Under the pieces are notes generated by a model that saw nothing but the letters and a program-made list of their open reading frames with translations, had not been told where the DNA came from and did no database searches. A DNA stretch of 64,000 nucleotides from an uncultured virus (IMG/VR IMGVR_UViG_3300027836_000010). Lineage: Duplodnaviria > Heunggongvirae > Uroviricota > Caudoviricetes. Every line of letters begins with the position of its first letter. The stretch's first letter is position 1. The DNA is taken from the IMG/VR virus record IMGVR_UViG_3300027836_000010; one strand, 5' to 3'. The translations under genes and the position numbers were made by a program. Of the stretch, positions 26,644 to 36,713 are shown in pieces.

Positions 26644-27282
26644 ATGCAATCACTAAAACACGTAGGCAGAATGAAAGGTTCAAATAAGAAAGTTCTTATT
26701 GCGTACCGTACATTGCCTGGAGACGCTTATAGCTGTCTTGTAGTACCAACAGAAAATTTGCCAGATGAACTACATAATGCCATTATTAATTTGGTGGAAA
26801 GTTCTACTGCTCAAGAAGCATATGAATTCGCTGAAGCACTAGATAGAACACAATTTCCAGACGGTAGTCGCATGTTGCCACATTTACATGTATCTGGCAG
26901 ACTAATTAAGGTTGGCACAGAACAAGTCGAGATGACTCCATCTGTTAACGCATCAATTTTATTGTCTGAACTCAATCAAATAATTGCCGAACAACGCGGA
27001 ATTGCTGTTGACGATTTGCACATTAAGCCAGGAAGTAACGATAAATCTCAAGTAGTAGAAGTTGCTCAAGTGAATAGTGTTCCTACGAAAAGTGACGATG
27101 CTAGCAAAACAACATCAGCAAGCGTAAATGAAACTGCTCAAGAAGTAACATCTTTTGATAATGCTGAAGCTGAAGCAAAACACTATCGTAGCCAAGCAGA
27201 TAAATTAGCAAAACAAGCGGCTGAATTCCGTAGAAAAGCTGAAGAATTAGCACCAACGGCCAAGCGACCAACGACTAAATGA
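26644..27282 (+). CDS. Hypothetical protein with a C-terminal coiled coil
   Basis: 212-aa ORF with an RBS. Confidence 0.65.
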   Translation: MQSLKHVGRMKGSNKKVLIAYRTLPGDAYSCLVVPTENLPDELHNAIINLVESSTAQEAYEFAEALDRTQFPDGSRMLPHLHVSGRLIKVGTEQVEMTPSVNASILLSELNQIIAEQRGIAVDDLHIKPGSNDKSQVVEVAQVNSVPTKSDDASKTTSASVNETAQEVTSFDNAEAEAKHYRSQADKLAKQAAEFRRKAEELAPTAKRPTTK

Positions 27283-27599
27283 TCGCTAAGGGAAGGCTAC
27301 TTCCCAAGGAAGTCATCGAGTGTTGGCCAGAAGTATTTGGAGAGGTAAAACTCCGTGTGTTACCACTTAGGTATCTCCATGCTGTATTGATCACATTTAA
27401 AGATGGTAAGACTTGGGAAATAAAAGTAACACAAGTAACTCAACGTAAAGGTTGGGACTCTTTCGAAGAGTCCCTATCTGAACTTTTTAAAACCTACGAA
27501 CGTAGGATTGTCGATGTCGATTTTAAACTTGATACAGATCGAATTAAGAAAGATATCGAAAAAGGAACCCAACAATTTTTAAAGAAAAGAAAATTATAA
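27279..27599 (+). CDS. Hypothetical protein
   Basis: Translationally coupled ORF. Confidence 0.6.
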   Translation: MIAKGRLLPKEVIECWPEVFGEVKLRVLPLRYLHAVLITFKDGKTWEIKVTQVTQRKGWDSFEESLSELFKTYERRIVDVDFKLDTDRIKKDIEKGTQQFLKKRKL

Positions 27600-28268
27600 A
27601 TGAATGTTAAACTATTGTCATATAGTCAACCAACAGGCGAATTTAGAGACATGGGCATCGCAGATGCGCAGGAACTTATTGCGTATTGCGCCCGTGTATC
27701 CAACCCAAGCAACCAACTCAACACAGAGACAAGCGACAAGCTCATCCGGTACTTGGTCAAACACCAACACTGGAGCCCACTCGAAATGGTTTCAGCCTGT
27801 ATCGAAATTACCACAACTCGAGACATTGCCCGTCAAATCTTGCGGCATAGAAGTTTCAGTTTCCAAGAATTCTCTCAACGCTATGCTGACCCAACTAAAG
27901 ATATGGCGTTTGTTACAAGAGAAGCTAGACTTCAAGATACAAAAAATAGACAAAACAGTATCGCAACAAATGATACAGAGCTACAAGCATGGTGGGATGC
28001 TAAACAGAAGTTTATCATTGAACAAGCACAATCAATCTATTCCGAAGCTATCGCTAAGGGCATAGCTAAAGAACAAGCTCGTGCTGTATTGCCAGAAGGT
28101 CTTACAGAAAGTCGATTATATATGAATGGTACACTACGTAGCTGGATTCACTTTATTGAATTACGTAGTGCTAATGGCACACAACTAGAACATCAAGAAG
28201 TTGCTATTGCATGTGCTAAGGTGATAGCTGAGATCTTTCCGCTAGCCAACGAGCTTCTAGCCAACTAA
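27600..28268 (+). CDS. thyX: FAD-dependent thymidylate synthase
   Basis: HWSPLE, the ThyX signature RHRSFSFQEFSQRY, and EQARAVLP. Confidence 0.95.
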   Translation: MNVKLLSYSQPTGEFRDMGIADAQELIAYCARVSNPSNQLNTETSDKLIRYLVKHQHWSPLEMVSACIEITTTRDIARQILRHRSFSFQEFSQRYADPTKDMAFVTREARLQDTKNRQNSIATNDTELQAWWDAKQKFIIEQAQSIYSEAIAKGIAKEQARAVLPEGLTESRLYMNGTLRSWIHFIELRSANGTQLEHQEVAIACAKVIAEIFPLANELLAN

Positions 28269-28896
28269 AATCATTTATCTTATCTAATGCCTCTTTATTA
28301 GAGGCATTTTTTTGGCCGTATGTTTGTCCAGCGAGTGCGCCTAAGTAAGCATAATACCCATATGGAACCGCATCATTTATCGTACACCATACACTTAGCC
28401 TTGATAACGCTTCTTCGTTTCCGTTTACTACTAGTTTACAACATTCTCTAAAAGCACTGCGCCAAGTGCTAAATGGATCAGTATTAAACGCTGTAATGTT
28501 ACTAATCTCTTCCATTGCTTTGAATCTAGCACTAATGTTCATTGTCATGTCAGTACTAGTAACATCCATATCAATAGTTAATTTTTTTGGCAATAGCTTA
28601 ACGCCACCATATCCGTATTCTAATCCGTTTACAGGATTACGACTACGCCAAACATGTACAATATCGTGTTCTTCTTTTGTTACTTCGTAATTAAAATTAA
28701 ATGTGTCTAATACAATAGCATCAGCATCTACTACCCAGAACATGGGAGTAAAACTTCTTTTTGCGGCTGCTATATGAGCTTGATGTATTCCTTTAATTCC
28801 GTTAACATGTTTTGCTAATGGAAATCGTGCTTTTAGCCGAAGGAAATTATCGTTAGCATTAGGTTCATTGTAACTGATAAAAATAATATCAAACAC
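28216..28896 (-). CDS. GT-A-like putative glycosyltransferase
   Basis: DIIFISYNE...AH..AA...FWVVDAD (DxD), GYGGVKL and WRSAFRE. Confidence 0.6.
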   Translation of the reverse strand: MFDIIFISYNEPNANDNFLRLKARFPLAKHVNGIKGIHQAHIAAAKRSFTPMFWVVDADAIVLDTFNFNYEVTKEEHDIVHVWRSRNPVNGLEYGYGGVKLLPKKLTIDMDVTSTDMTMNISARFKAMEEISNITAFNTDPFSTWRSAFRECCKLVVNGNEEALSRLSVWCTINDAVPYGYYAYLGALAGQTYGQKNASNKEALDKINDFSWLEARWLAERSQLSP

Positions 28897-29791
28897 GGTT
28901 ACGAACTATCCTTGGTGTATTATGATAAACTCGTTTAAATAATCGACTACCCGCTGAATCATAATTTGCTATTTCAAGTTTACATTTGTTACGAAGTTCA
29001 TCACCGTAAAAATTAATTTGTTTTGTTTTTTCTTCTTCGGTAGCATTTTCGTAATGTTCGTTCCAATAATTTGTTAACCATTCAAAATCACGTACATTAG
29101 CATAATCCCAGTCTGTACAATTAATCAATGCAGCGCCTTCCCTCGCACCTAGTATACTATAAATGCCGTTTTCTACGTCGGCACCGACACTACACCAAAT
29201 TAATAATCTATCATAATTTTGCCACCATATTTTTTGTAAATTATCTACCTTGGTTCCTTGATCCAATGACATCTTAACACCTTCACGGAATCCTGCTCTC
29301 CATGCTTGGAACGGGCTAGCGGTTACAATACTTTCGCTGTAGTTCTCGTTGAACTGATAGTATCGATCATCAAAGCAAAACTCAACTTTGCCCTTTTCGT
29401 CTGTAGGATCTGAGTTTTCATGTGTACGCATATTGTTAACAAATTTACGTGTCCATAACTTTAGTCCACCATTGCCGTACATAAGTCCGTTAACCGCAAC
29501 TCTGCCACACCAACTAAAAACATTTTCACTAGTGAGTCTGAGAGCGTCCAGGTCAATTTCTACTTCTAAGAACTTTGGATCAACTATATTATCAGCATCC
29601 ACGGTAACAAAATATTCAGTTTCGCTTTGGGCGGCGCAGGCCTTGTGTGCGGCATCACTACCTTTTACTCCATGTACACGTTTTGCCCATGGCACTTTTG
29701 CCAATAAGTCGGCATAATTTTTTTCTGCGTTGGGCTCATCGTAACTTAAAAATACAATGTCCTGTTCAATAATTTTTATAATATTACTCAT
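28889..29791 (-). CDS. GT-A-like putative glycosyltransferase (paralog of 28216-28896)
   Basis: DIVFLSYDEP...AHKACA...FVTVDAD, YGNGGLKL and AWRAGFREG. Confidence 0.6.
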   Translation of the reverse strand: MSNIIKIIEQDIVFLSYDEPNAEKNYADLLAKVPWAKRVHGVKGSDAAHKACAAQSETEYFVTVDADNIVDPKFLEVEIDLDALRLTSENVFSWCGRVAVNGLMYGNGGLKLWTRKFVNNMRTHENSDPTDEKGKVEFCFDDRYYQFNENYSESIVTASPFQAWRAGFREGVKMSLDQGTKVDNLQKIWWQNYDRLLIWCSVGADVENGIYSILGAREGAALINCTDWDYANVRDFEWLTNYWNEHYENATEEEKTKQINFYGDELRNKCKLEIANYDSAGSRLFKRVYHNTPRIVRNRV

Positions 29792-30377
29792 GTATAATCC
29801 TTAATCCGTATGTTTTAAAAACTAACTTCGAAGATATTGATACCTTATCCGAATGTTGTTCAAAATTTGTTGTAAACGGAACTGATAGTTTTTCTGAAGA
29901 CATTAAATCAATTGTTTCAACAAATATAGTTCTAACTAAAAAATCAAAATCTGTTTCTAATGTAACAAAGAATACTAGTTTAGGTGCTAGTAGACTATCA
30001 CTATAAACTACTTTAATGGCTGGACTTAGACTAAAATCCCAACATCTATCCTTACCGTTCCATACTACCTGACATTCAGCTTTGTCGTTTACTTCTGTTA
30101 TCCATTCAAACAGGCTATTTTTAAAAATATAACCCTGATCAGTATTTGGAATTATTGCTAATTTTAAAGTACCGTCTAATTGTCGTTTATAACTAACAAC
30201 ATAATCTTTCATAGACCACGAGCCATCTATTATTTTTTCTACTTCGTCAAACGTAGTTTCAATGCCGTGCTCATATCTATCATCTTTCTCGTTACCAACT
30301 GAGATTAATGCGCCAGTTTTCCTGTCATAATAGACATAGTATTTAGGCGTTAGATCAAGTTGTTTCTTTTTTGCCAT
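29784..30377 (-). CDS. Hypothetical protein
   Basis: ORF in the operon. Confidence 0.6.
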   Translation of the reverse strand: MAKKKQLDLTPKYYVYYDRKTGALISVGNEKDDRYEHGIETTFDEVEKIIDGSWSMKDYVVSYKRQLDGTLKLAIIPNTDQGYIFKNSLFEWITEVNDKAECQVVWNGKDRCWDFSLSPAIKVVYSDSLLAPKLVFFVTLETDFDFLVRTIFVETIDLMSSEKLSVPFTTNFEQHSDKVSISSKLVFKTYGLRIIHE

Positions 30378-31233
30378 TGGCTATTCCTTCTAACCGTGCT
30401 ATTATTTTTTTTGATAAAAAACTTTTTTCAACATAGTGAAATAATTTTGGTTGTTTAATGTTGCCAACTACTAGCTCGCCGCGGCTGTTTAATAAAAACG
30501 GAACAGCGTCTTGCCAACTAGAATGTACCATGTCCCAACCTTGTATGCTAGTTTTCATATGTACAAATTCCATAGGGTTAACCGCATCCATGACACTATC
30601 ATATTGCCCAGTAATTTCAACGGCAATTGCTGTAGCTAAATCCATGCTTAACCAATCCTGGTACCAAACACTAGCAAATTTATTATAAGACCACTCCCAG
30701 TTATTACATACGAATTCTAAGGTTTTATAAAATTCAAATGCTTTAGTTGATTTTTTAAAATAATGACACGCAAAGTACGGGCTGGTTAATTTATTTTCAA
30801 GAAATACTCGCCTATGAATTAGATCTTTCTTAACTACTTCAAGTTTATGATTTTTAATTCTATTACAAAATTTAATGTCGTGATCTTTTAAATAATCCCA
30901 CCAGTTACTTATATCGTCTAAAAATAACATGTCTGCGTCAAGTACAATTGTTTCTTCATATGGGCTTACATGAATAAATTTCCAACGATGTTCCGCTTTA
31001 TACTTAGATTCTACAACTTCCGTTGACCAAGGTATTGGGATTATATTGTCAAAAATATACTGATATTTTTTAGGTACGTTGTCGTTAGTTATAATGCTGA
31101 CAGAAGTAACCGTTGTTTGACTATGTTTAATGCTTAACGCTAGAGCGTATGCTTGTTGAACATAGTTACATGATTTACTATTTTCCGCAAAAATTAAAAA
31201 TCCTTTAGACACCAATACCTCCATCAATAGCAC
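30355..31233 (-). CDS. GT8-like putative glycosyltransferase
   Basis: AYALALSIK...SPYEETIVLDADM (DxD). Confidence 0.6.
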   Translation of the reverse strand: MLLMEVLVSKGFLIFAENSKSCNYVQQAYALALSIKHSQTTVTSVSIITNDNVPKKYQYIFDNIIPIPWSTEVVESKYKAEHRWKFIHVSPYEETIVLDADMLFLDDISNWWDYLKDHDIKFCNRIKNHKLEVVKKDLIHRRVFLENKLTSPYFACHYFKKSTKAFEFYKTLEFVCNNWEWSYNKFASVWYQDWLSMDLATAIAVEITGQYDSVMDAVNPMEFVHMKTSIQGWDMVHSSWQDAVPFLLNSRGELVVGNIKQPKLFHYVEKSFLSKKIIARLEGIANGKKETT

Positions 31234-32050
31234 GAGCTAAACTTGCTTTATTCATAACATGTATGTCTATTCCAGTTGTTTTTGCTGCAATATATTCGCC
31301 GCGGCAACCTTCTTTTTCTACTAAAAATTTCATGCTAGTATCAGTATGCTCGACTAATATATCTCTATCTAAAATATAAGTCATTGTACCAGGAAGCTCA
31401 ACAGCAAAGCCACCGTTAATTTTATTATTCATTAAATGAATAGCAATACTAAATGCGTAATCATTTCTAAATGTAATCGTATCTATTCCGTACAACATCC
31501 TAAAATATAACCAATTTATTTTAACATAAGATACTAAATCAAATAACGCCCGTGTAACTAAATTTTTTTCAAATATAAAAACAGTTGCCCAATAAAAAGG
31601 AATACTGTACGAGTTTAATCTTTCAAAACTACTAGTATTGCGCCAGTTAGCTAAGTCCATACTTTTCTGATAAATCTGAAACGGCGTGTCTCTTTCAAAG
31701 GCAAGACTTAGAACATTTGAATTAAGAATATAATCACTATCTAGTACTAGTGTTTTATCGTAAGGCGTAATATCAAACGCACGAAAACGAGATAAATTTT
31801 TCCACTCTAAACTTTTAAAGTCTAGACTACCGTCGTAAAATAATTTATGATTTGTAGATTCTGTTGTGATATCAATAATTTGATCAAACGGGTGATCTGG
31901 ATACATTTTTAGTAACCAATCTTTACTGTCAGTTGCTATACTAACTGGAATGTTTAAAAAATGTTTTACACGGTCTGCGGCAAATACCGCTAGTTTAACA
32001 TAGTCGACACTTGTGTTGTTATGGGCAAAGATTAATGCACCCTTGGTCAT
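31205..32050 (-). CDS. GT8-like putative glycosyltransferase (paralog of 30355-31233)
   Basis: TPYDKTLVLDSDY and FRNDYAFSIA. Confidence 0.6.
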   Translation of the reverse strand: MTKGALIFAHNNTSVDYVKLAVFAADRVKHFLNIPVSIATDSKDWLLKMYPDHPFDQIIDITTESTNHKLFYDGSLDFKSLEWKNLSRFRAFDITPYDKTLVLDSDYILNSNVLSLAFERDTPFQIYQKSMDLANWRNTSSFERLNSYSIPFYWATVFIFEKNLVTRALFDLVSYVKINWLYFRMLYGIDTITFRNDYAFSIAIHLMNNKINGGFAVELPGTMTYILDRDILVEHTDTSMKFLVEKEGCRGEYIAAKTTGIDIHVMNKASLARAIDGGIGV

Positions 32051-32397
32051 AGTGCCACAATGTCTTCGATTTTTCGTTGGCTTGCTAAGTGAGCAAACTT
32101 AACTGAATATTCGTTAATAGAGTTCATGTACAACAATAGAATTTTATCAAAAAATTCCTGTACGTCAGTTATTACGATTGGAAACTTGTTAACGTCGATG
32201 AATGGTACATCGTGCGTGTAACCCAAGTCTAATACAGATTTAGTAAAATTAACTAATTCTGGGCCGATCTTAAATGTACCACCGTTTTCGTAGTAGACTA
32301 ACTTTTGATTAAATTCTTCTAAAACTATTCTTCTTTGATTTGCTAGTGTTGCCATGCGGTTAGCAATGGCAAATGCTTTCTCAATTCTTTCGTCCAT
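32047..32397 (-). CDS. Hypothetical protein
   Basis: GGAG RBS; first gene of the glycosyltransferase operon. Confidence 0.6.
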   Translation of the reverse strand: MDERIEKAFAIANRMATLANQRRIVLEEFNQKLVYYENGGTFKIGPELVNFTKSVLDLGYTHDVPFIDVNKFPIVITDVQEFFDKILLLYMNSINEYSVKFAHLASQRKIEDIVAL

Positions 32398-32417
32398 AAG
32401 ATAACTCCGTAGTATAC

Positions 32418-32446
32418 ATAGTACACTACAATAGTTATCTTGTCAA
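32418..32446 (-). promoter_or_regulatory. Sigma70-type promoter for the glycosyltransferase operon
   Basis: TTGACA-N17-TACTAT on the minus strand. Confidence 0.55.
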
Positions 32447-32464
32447 GACTTTTAGAAAGATATT

Positions 32465-33415
32465 TTAGGCTAGACCTGTTGAACTAGCACTTGGAATTGG
32501 GCGGGAAACATTGGCCCCAGAAGCACGATAAACTTGTACATCACTAGTTAAAGTACCGTCAACGTTCTCGTCAATACCAAACCCTGGATCTGGAAAACTT
32601 AGTGGTTGGCCAGAATCATCACCCCAGTGAATTGTAAGATATAAAATACGTCTATCGCTAGTGCTATTTACTCTAGCATAGATATAGTATTTGTTAGGAG
32701 CATACGCACCAGCAGGAGCATCTTTTTCAAAAATTAACTCATCACTTGTGCCAACTTCATAGAAACCGTTAGTGCCTAAGTAGTCACCGGTGCCTGTACA
32801 AGAAACTCCAGTATAATTAAATTTAATAGTACCCATGTTAGACAATATAGTTGTCCACGTAACGTTCTTAGTACCAGCAGAGCCGCCTGAGCGGGCAGAG
32901 CTAAATTCAATTTGGCCGCCAGTATTGAAGAAGTAGCGGGCTTCATCAGCAGTAGTCCAAGTAACAACTATCGTTTGACGAATCGTTCCATTCCATGCTG
33001 TTGTTCTAAGTTGCTGACTAACAAGATTTGCTAAGGTTGCTTGGCTAGCGGGAGGAGGTGCTGTAAGTCGATTTGTTTCGCAATCAGCAGCCATTTCTGC
33101 GTATGCGGCTCTCCAAGATTCTTTAACTTGTTTTGCTACTGTTGGTTGTGGTAAATTAGTGCCTGATACATATCCTACATCCTCAGGAGCTGAAGAACCA
33201 ATAGTTATACCTGTTTGATGTTGGCGGCAACGTATAATATCGTCACGCAGATTATTCCATTGATTTACGGTAATTTTATCGTACTGGCCAACTTGACTGC
33301 TAGCAAGAGTTTGCCCGTAGCCAGTAGTGCCTGATCCTGATCCCATAATAGTAGCAATTTTTGATTGTATCGCATTATAATCGCTTGCTATAATTAGTGT
33401 ATTTGCGCCTGGCAT
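32465..33415 (-). CDS. Putative virion/tail structural protein
   Basis: Gly/Thr-rich (GYGQ...RYFFNTGG); lies in the tail gene block with TATAAATA upstream. Confidence 0.6.
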   Translation of the reverse strand: MPGANTLIIASDYNAIQSKIATIMGSGSGTTGYGQTLASSQVGQYDKITVNQWNNLRDDIIRCRQHQTGITIGSSAPEDVGYVSGTNLPQPTVAKQVKESWRAAYAEMAADCETNRLTAPPPASQATLANLVSQQLRTTAWNGTIRQTIVVTWTTADEARYFFNTGGQIEFSSARSGGSAGTKNVTWTTILSNMGTIKFNYTGVSCTGTGDYLGTNGFYEVGTSDELIFEKDAPAGAYAPNKYYIYARVNSTSDRRILYLTIHWGDDSGQPLSFPDPGFGIDENVDGTLTSDVQVYRASGANVSRPIPSASSTGLA

Positions 33416-33441
33416 TTAATGTATCCTTAATTTACTCAAAA

Positions 33442-33449
33442 TATTTATA
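33442..33449 (-). promoter_or_regulatory. T4-type late promoter
   Basis: TATAAATA on the minus strand, 27 nt before the ATG at 33415. Confidence 0.6.
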
Positions 33450-33451
33450 CA

Positions 33452-34975
33452 TTAAAGTATAACGCACTCTACAAGTTTGATGCCTGTATCACTACTAGAC
33501 TCTAATGCTATAGCAAATACGCCGCTAGCATGTGGAACTGCTGTTACCGCACATCCATCATTTGAAGCAATTAACTCGTCGCCTTTTTTAACGCTTCCAA
33601 TAACTTTAACTGGAATACGTCCTTTCAATGCTACTACGGTACCGCCTTCTAAATCTTTATTCATCAAGTATGCTGGACTTGCGCTTACTGCTCCAAGAGC
33701 ACGTTTCCCCCAAGTACTAGCGGTAACTTCTGCTTCGCCGCCGACCATCATAACTGTACCAACTTCATAGTCGGCATCAGCCAAATACATTTCTGCTAAG
33801 TCAGCGTAGTTGGCAGCAAGTGCTGTACCAATAAAATAAGTTGCTCTTAATGATCCTGCTCCTAATGTGCCGCCTGGATAGCCGCCACTTGCTGGGTCTG
33901 TACTACCTGTTCTAACAGCAATAGTACCACTACTGGCTGCTGAACTTGCTGTTCTATAATCGTCTGCAGCAACGTACAATGAATCTGATTTAGTCGATGT
34001 TCCAGAAAAAGTTACAGCATTGATAGTTTTAAATCTATAAGATCCAGATCCAATATCTGTGGAATTATCAGTGCCCGGAAGGATATTGTTACCAACTAGT
34101 TGGAAAGGAGTATTTTTAGTTTCATCAAGCGCAGTTGTTTGAAATCTGATAGTATCGCCGATATCATTTAATACGGTAGGCTTAGATTGGGCTCCGATGA
34201 ATACACGAAGTATATGAGCTTCACCTACTCTAAAACCAGAGTTTGAAAAATCAACAGTTGTATCAAAAACTGCGCTACCCTTTTGTACAAAGTCAGCTGC
34301 AGCAATACCACCTAAACGTTCTGAATTTGTAGCAGTTCCCCAGAAACGATCATCGGATGTCGTTACGCCATTGCTAGCACCAGTAGTAGTTGTATATGCT
34401 AATGTAATACCTTTCTGAATGATCGAGAAACCTGTAATAGCATTTGTATTAGGATCTAATGTAAACGTTCCGTCGGCACTAACAATAAACTTAGTATCAC
34501 CGTCAACTACTGATTCTATAATAGCATGTGTAGCACCAAGTGTATCACGCACACTACGTGAGCGCATTTGTGTAGTTTGACTGCCAGCAACTCCTTGTGG
34601 GCCAACTAATATATAAGTAGCGCCGTCCCAAGTATATAGTTGTTTATTGGTAGTATCCCACCAGAAATCACCAATTGTTAAGCCTGTAGGAGCGGATGTG
34701 CCAACTTCGGCGCCGCCTGTTGTACGAAATTTAGCGCCATCGTAAAACTTTAATTTACTATTACCACTATCATACCATAACTGACCGCCTAACGGCTTTG
34801 GTGGCTGAGTAGTATTTGCAAAGTTTTCTAGCAAATATAAGAAGTTTTCGTTCTGGACTTCCCCATAGCCAGCGTAGTTTTTACCGATTAGTTTTAAATC
34901 AGTGGTGCTGTCAATAGTACCATCAGCAACTGTGGCTATTACTTGTCCGTTATATCTATTAATGGTATATGGCAT
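33452..34975 (-). CDS. Tail fibre/spike protein with a C-terminal autocleaving-chaperone-like domain
   Basis: N-terminal baseplate-anchor domain shared with its neighbours; C-terminal YADLAEMY...VALKGRIPVKV..GD.L. Confidence 0.7.
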   Translation of the reverse strand: MPYTINRYNGQVIATVADGTIDSTTDLKLIGKNYAGYGEVQNENFLYLLENFANTTQPPKPLGGQLWYDSGNSKLKFYDGAKFRTTGGAEVGTSAPTGLTIGDFWWDTTNKQLYTWDGATYILVGPQGVAGSQTTQMRSRSVRDTLGATHAIIESVVDGDTKFIVSADGTFTLDPNTNAITGFSIIQKGITLAYTTTTGASNGVTTSDDRFWGTATNSERLGGIAAADFVQKGSAVFDTTVDFSNSGFRVGEAHILRVFIGAQSKPTVLNDIGDTIRFQTTALDETKNTPFQLVGNNILPGTDNSTDIGSGSYRFKTINAVTFSGTSTKSDSLYVAADDYRTASSAASSGTIAVRTGSTDPASGGYPGGTLGAGSLRATYFIGTALAANYADLAEMYLADADYEVGTVMMVGGEAEVTASTWGKRALGAVSASPAYLMNKDLEGGTVVALKGRIPVKVIGSVKKGDELIASNDGCAVTAVPHASGVFAIALESSSDTGIKLVECVIL

Positions 34976-35018
34976 TTCGCTCGTTCCTTATTCTTTGTAT
35001 TTATGCTATTTTGACTAG

Positions 35019-36713
35019 TTAGGTTATATCGCCCTGGTAAGACCAGTTAGGATAAACCCGTTTAAATTCTAAAAATCTTGCTACATCTGGACAATATACT
35101 CGTAATAATGTATTTTCTTCGTGTTCGCCAATTTGAAAGATTTTGTTTAGTATTGTGGATGCAAACGTAGTCTCTGATAAGACTCCAAGATTTGCTGTAA
35201 ATCCAAGCGGAGCTTTGCCAACTTTCCAATTTACGTAAGCAATAGGAGCGGCATCCTTATCATTTAGCGTTGTTGTTGGCGCATTAGCACTGTCAACTTC
35301 GTACAATAAGTTTATAATTTTAGACGAGCTAACATTTAAAACACCGGTGCCTTTAGGAGTAATTACAATATCTCCGTTAGCAATACCTACGTTAGAAAAA
35401 CTAATAACATTACTATTAATATCGATGTTATCAACTTTTAGTTGTACTAATTGGCCAATGCTAGTTAAACCAGGAGCATTAGTAACAGTTAAACCTAATT
35501 CTGTCTGACTTAATACTTCAAATGTACCTATTTTAAATACTTTAGTAGCGGCCACTCCAAAATTTTGATTTGATTGCCATTCATCTAATGTTGTATTCCA
35601 AAGGATAGTCTTGTCGACGTCTAATCCTGCTTCTAATAATATTCCGCCGCCGTCGGCTGTAGTATTATTTGGATTTGTTGTTTTGCCTAAATTAATAATG
35701 ATATCTTCAACGTTAATTTCAACGTTGTTAATTGAAGTAATATTACCCTCAACTACTAAGTTTTCTCGAATACGCACACTACCATTAACGTCCAGTGTAG
35801 CGGTTGGTGTGTCGGTATAAATTCCAGTCCATTCATTGGCTGCATTAATAAAGAAACTAGGTAGTATACCATTAGCATTAAAATTTCGAATACTAAAGTT
35901 TTGATTAATAATATTTGAATTAATTTGAAGAGCATTATCGGCAATAGTAACTTCATTGTTCTGACTGCCACCTAATACTAAGGCTTGATTATTTAAAATT
36001 CTAATAGTTCCGTTAGCAATTGTATATCCGTCAATAGGATCTACTGCTAAGAAACTTTCTGCTGTTTTAGCGGACCCGTCTTGGGCAATTAAACTATCTG
36101 CTTGGCTTGCTGGAACTTTAAATCTAACAGCCGAATACGCACTAGTAAAACCGACATTAATAGACAACCCTGTAAATCCCGGTATAGTTTCAAGTAATGT
36201 AAATGTGCTGTTACTAAAAATTCCTAATAATACTTGCCCAACATATAAAAAGATTATAGTATGGTTGATGTTGTTTGAATCTACAACATCGACAACTTGG
36301 AATCCACTGATACCCTGCTGTGCTGTATATGCTGGGCCGGCTAATAAATTACTGTTACCGTCATTAAAATACATTTGACGACGAAGAGTGTCAATCCATA
36401 TATCGCCTGCCGCTATGCTACTAGGAATTGAATCAGAAACAATTGTTCCGCCGGACACTTTAAATCCATTACCGTCATATACTTTTAAACGACCTTCGGC
36501 AGTATCATACCATAGTTGGCCTTCTAAAGGTTTATTGGGTTGACTAGTATTGGCAAAATTTTCTAATATTTTAATAAAATTTTCATTAAACAATTCACCA
36601 TAAGTACTGGCATTTTTTCCTACTAATGTTACATCGGTTGTTATTTGGTCAATAGTACCGTCAACTACTTCTGTTAAAACGGATCCGTCTGTTTTATTAA
36701 TAATATAGCTCAT
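35019..36713 (-). CDS. Tail fibre / baseplate-associated protein
   Basis: The same N-terminal domain (GKN..YGE..ENF..LENFA...GQLWYD), followed by beta-rich repeats. Confidence 0.65.
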   Translation of the reverse strand: MSYIINKTDGSVLTEVVDGTIDQITTDVTLVGKNASTYGELFNENFIKILENFANTSQPNKPLEGQLWYDTAEGRLKVYDGNGFKVSGGTIVSDSIPSSIAAGDIWIDTLRRQMYFNDGNSNLLAGPAYTAQQGISGFQVVDVVDSNNINHTIIFLYVGQVLLGIFSNSTFTLLETIPGFTGLSINVGFTSAYSAVRFKVPASQADSLIAQDGSAKTAESFLAVDPIDGYTIANGTIRILNNQALVLGGSQNNEVTIADNALQINSNIINQNFSIRNFNANGILPSFFINAANEWTGIYTDTPTATLDVNGSVRIRENLVVEGNITSINNVEINVEDIIINLGKTTNPNNTTADGGGILLEAGLDVDKTILWNTTLDEWQSNQNFGVAATKVFKIGTFEVLSQTELGLTVTNAPGLTSIGQLVQLKVDNIDINSNVISFSNVGIANGDIVITPKGTGVLNVSSSKIINLLYEVDSANAPTTTLNDKDAAPIAYVNWKVGKAPLGFTANLGVLSETTFASTILNKIFQIGEHEENTLLRVYCPDVARFLEFKRVYPNWSYQGDIT

